A stretch of DNA of 63,921 nucleotides, the filler included, from Octopus bimaculoides (lineage: Eukaryota): assembly GCF_001194135.2 (NCBI RefSeq). It is 7 parts of 6 records of this genome, joined end to end, with 100 filler letters (N's around TTAATTAATTAA, not from the genome) between each part and the next. Parts side by side here need not be neighbours in the genome. Positions count along the whole stretch, not along the records: positions 62,490 to 63,921 come from NW_026387964.1; 6 more parts are not named here. One strand, 5' to 3'. Shown here piece by piece: positions 62,871 through 63,921 of the stretch. Within the stretch, counting starts at the first letter, position 1. Each line of letters opens with the position of its first letter. Both the position numbers and the translations under genes were made by a program. A model generated the notes under the pieces. It had not been told where the DNA came from, searched no databases, and worked only from the letters and a program-made list of their open reading frames with translations.

Positions 62871-63888
62871 GAATGAACAATAACAACAACAATAATAATT
62901 TCACTCAAAATCTGTTGTAATTTTGACAGTGTTATTAATCCGAATTTTCACTTAATTTCATTTTAAAATATTCATGGCGGTACTTGTAGTATCAGATGTT
63001 TCTCAACATCTGATTGCAGCCAAATCTTCTATCGGTGTCTTTGATTGGTTTAAATGTTTCTATGATAAAGCGTTGTCAATGTCAAAATGTTCTGCGTTCA
63101 TTAAACAGTGACGCCTAGGCTGCACGCTGATTTATTAAAAGCTTGTTTGTAAACTTCAGCCTGCTGAAGCCTGTCGGAAAGTACTTAAAGAATAAAGTCG
63201 GTCATATGTGTATAAGCCATTGTTCAGTTTTATTTCAAGATTTCTGGCCAATAGAGAAAGGACCGGTTTCTAACCTAGATTCAAGGCTCCTTCATTGGAA
63301 TTTCAACATCAACAACAGGTTATTTTTGTTTGTATGTATGTATTTATGTATGTATGTGTGTTTTGTTTTATATATGTATTCTCATGCATATAGTTGCATA
63401 TATGTATGTATATATGTATGCATGTGTGTGTGCATGTGTAATATATTCACTTACATGTATATTTTGATATATATATATATATATATATATATCATTCGTT
63501 CTCTGTATCTATTAGTGAGTGTGTGTGTGCGTACGTCCGTGTGTGTGTGTGTTTGCTTGTTCTGTGTGTTTGATGTTTCTATTCAAGTAAGAAAGGAAAA
63601 GAATTTCTCTTACAAAGTTCCCGTCGGGTCTCCGATATTTCTCAAGTAAATATTCACAATAGAAAAAGTCAAGTCAGAAAGTGAAACCTGCGAACTTCAA
63701 ACAAACGTGTAAACATGTTTCATTCCATATATGGTTGTGTGTTTGTATGTATTTCTATCTGTGTATCTGTGCGTGTGTGTGCGTGTGTGTATGTGTCAAC
63801 GTTCGTTATATAAGACCAGTATGATGTATATGCACAAATAAATATAAATAATATATAATGTCCTTGACTTAATCTGTAACTATATATA

Positions 63889-63921
<33 letters not shown>

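Noticed and set aside
63255-63310. CCAATGA...GAAACCGGTC hammerhead-like string on the minus strand
   Set aside because: Core altered at two positions and no stem I; at most a remote remnant

Overview
Eukaryotic, AT-rich, microsatellite- and transposon-dense genomic DNA, most likely from an octopus. This is inferred from the tRNA-derived SINE families, the RTE and Dong/R4 LINE content and the TTAGGG repeats; no taxonomic search was run. No intact host protein-coding gene can be supported: nearly all supplied ORFs are microsatellite read-throughs, N-gap artefacts or decayed transposon frames. Recognisable content: two mariner fragments, one DD37D fragment and a decayed hAT; Merlin-type and piggyBac-type MITEs; fragments of Dong/R4-type, RTE, Tx1 and CR1-like LINEs; three Penelope-like GIY-YIG fragments; many SINEs; a 5'-truncated tRNA-Leu; and a 28S rRNA fragment. 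The most interesting signals are: (i) several type I hammerhead ribozyme motifs, two with an intact catalytic core (14610-14673 on +, 60151-60286 on -); (ii) SINEs present in all four combinations of two heads and two tails; (iii) Dong/R4 copies whose 3' ends sit in TAA microsatellites; (iv) head-to-head telomere-like repeats inside a Merlin-type MITE; (v) a 28S fragment bracketed by 18-bp direct repeats; (vi) a CpG-depleted domain at about 15.9-41 kb and a CpG-rich, motif-dense island at about 54.8-56.5 kb. There is no CRISPR array and no prokaryotic system. Element boundaries without TSDs or TIRs are approximate, and family assignments rest on motif recognition by eye.
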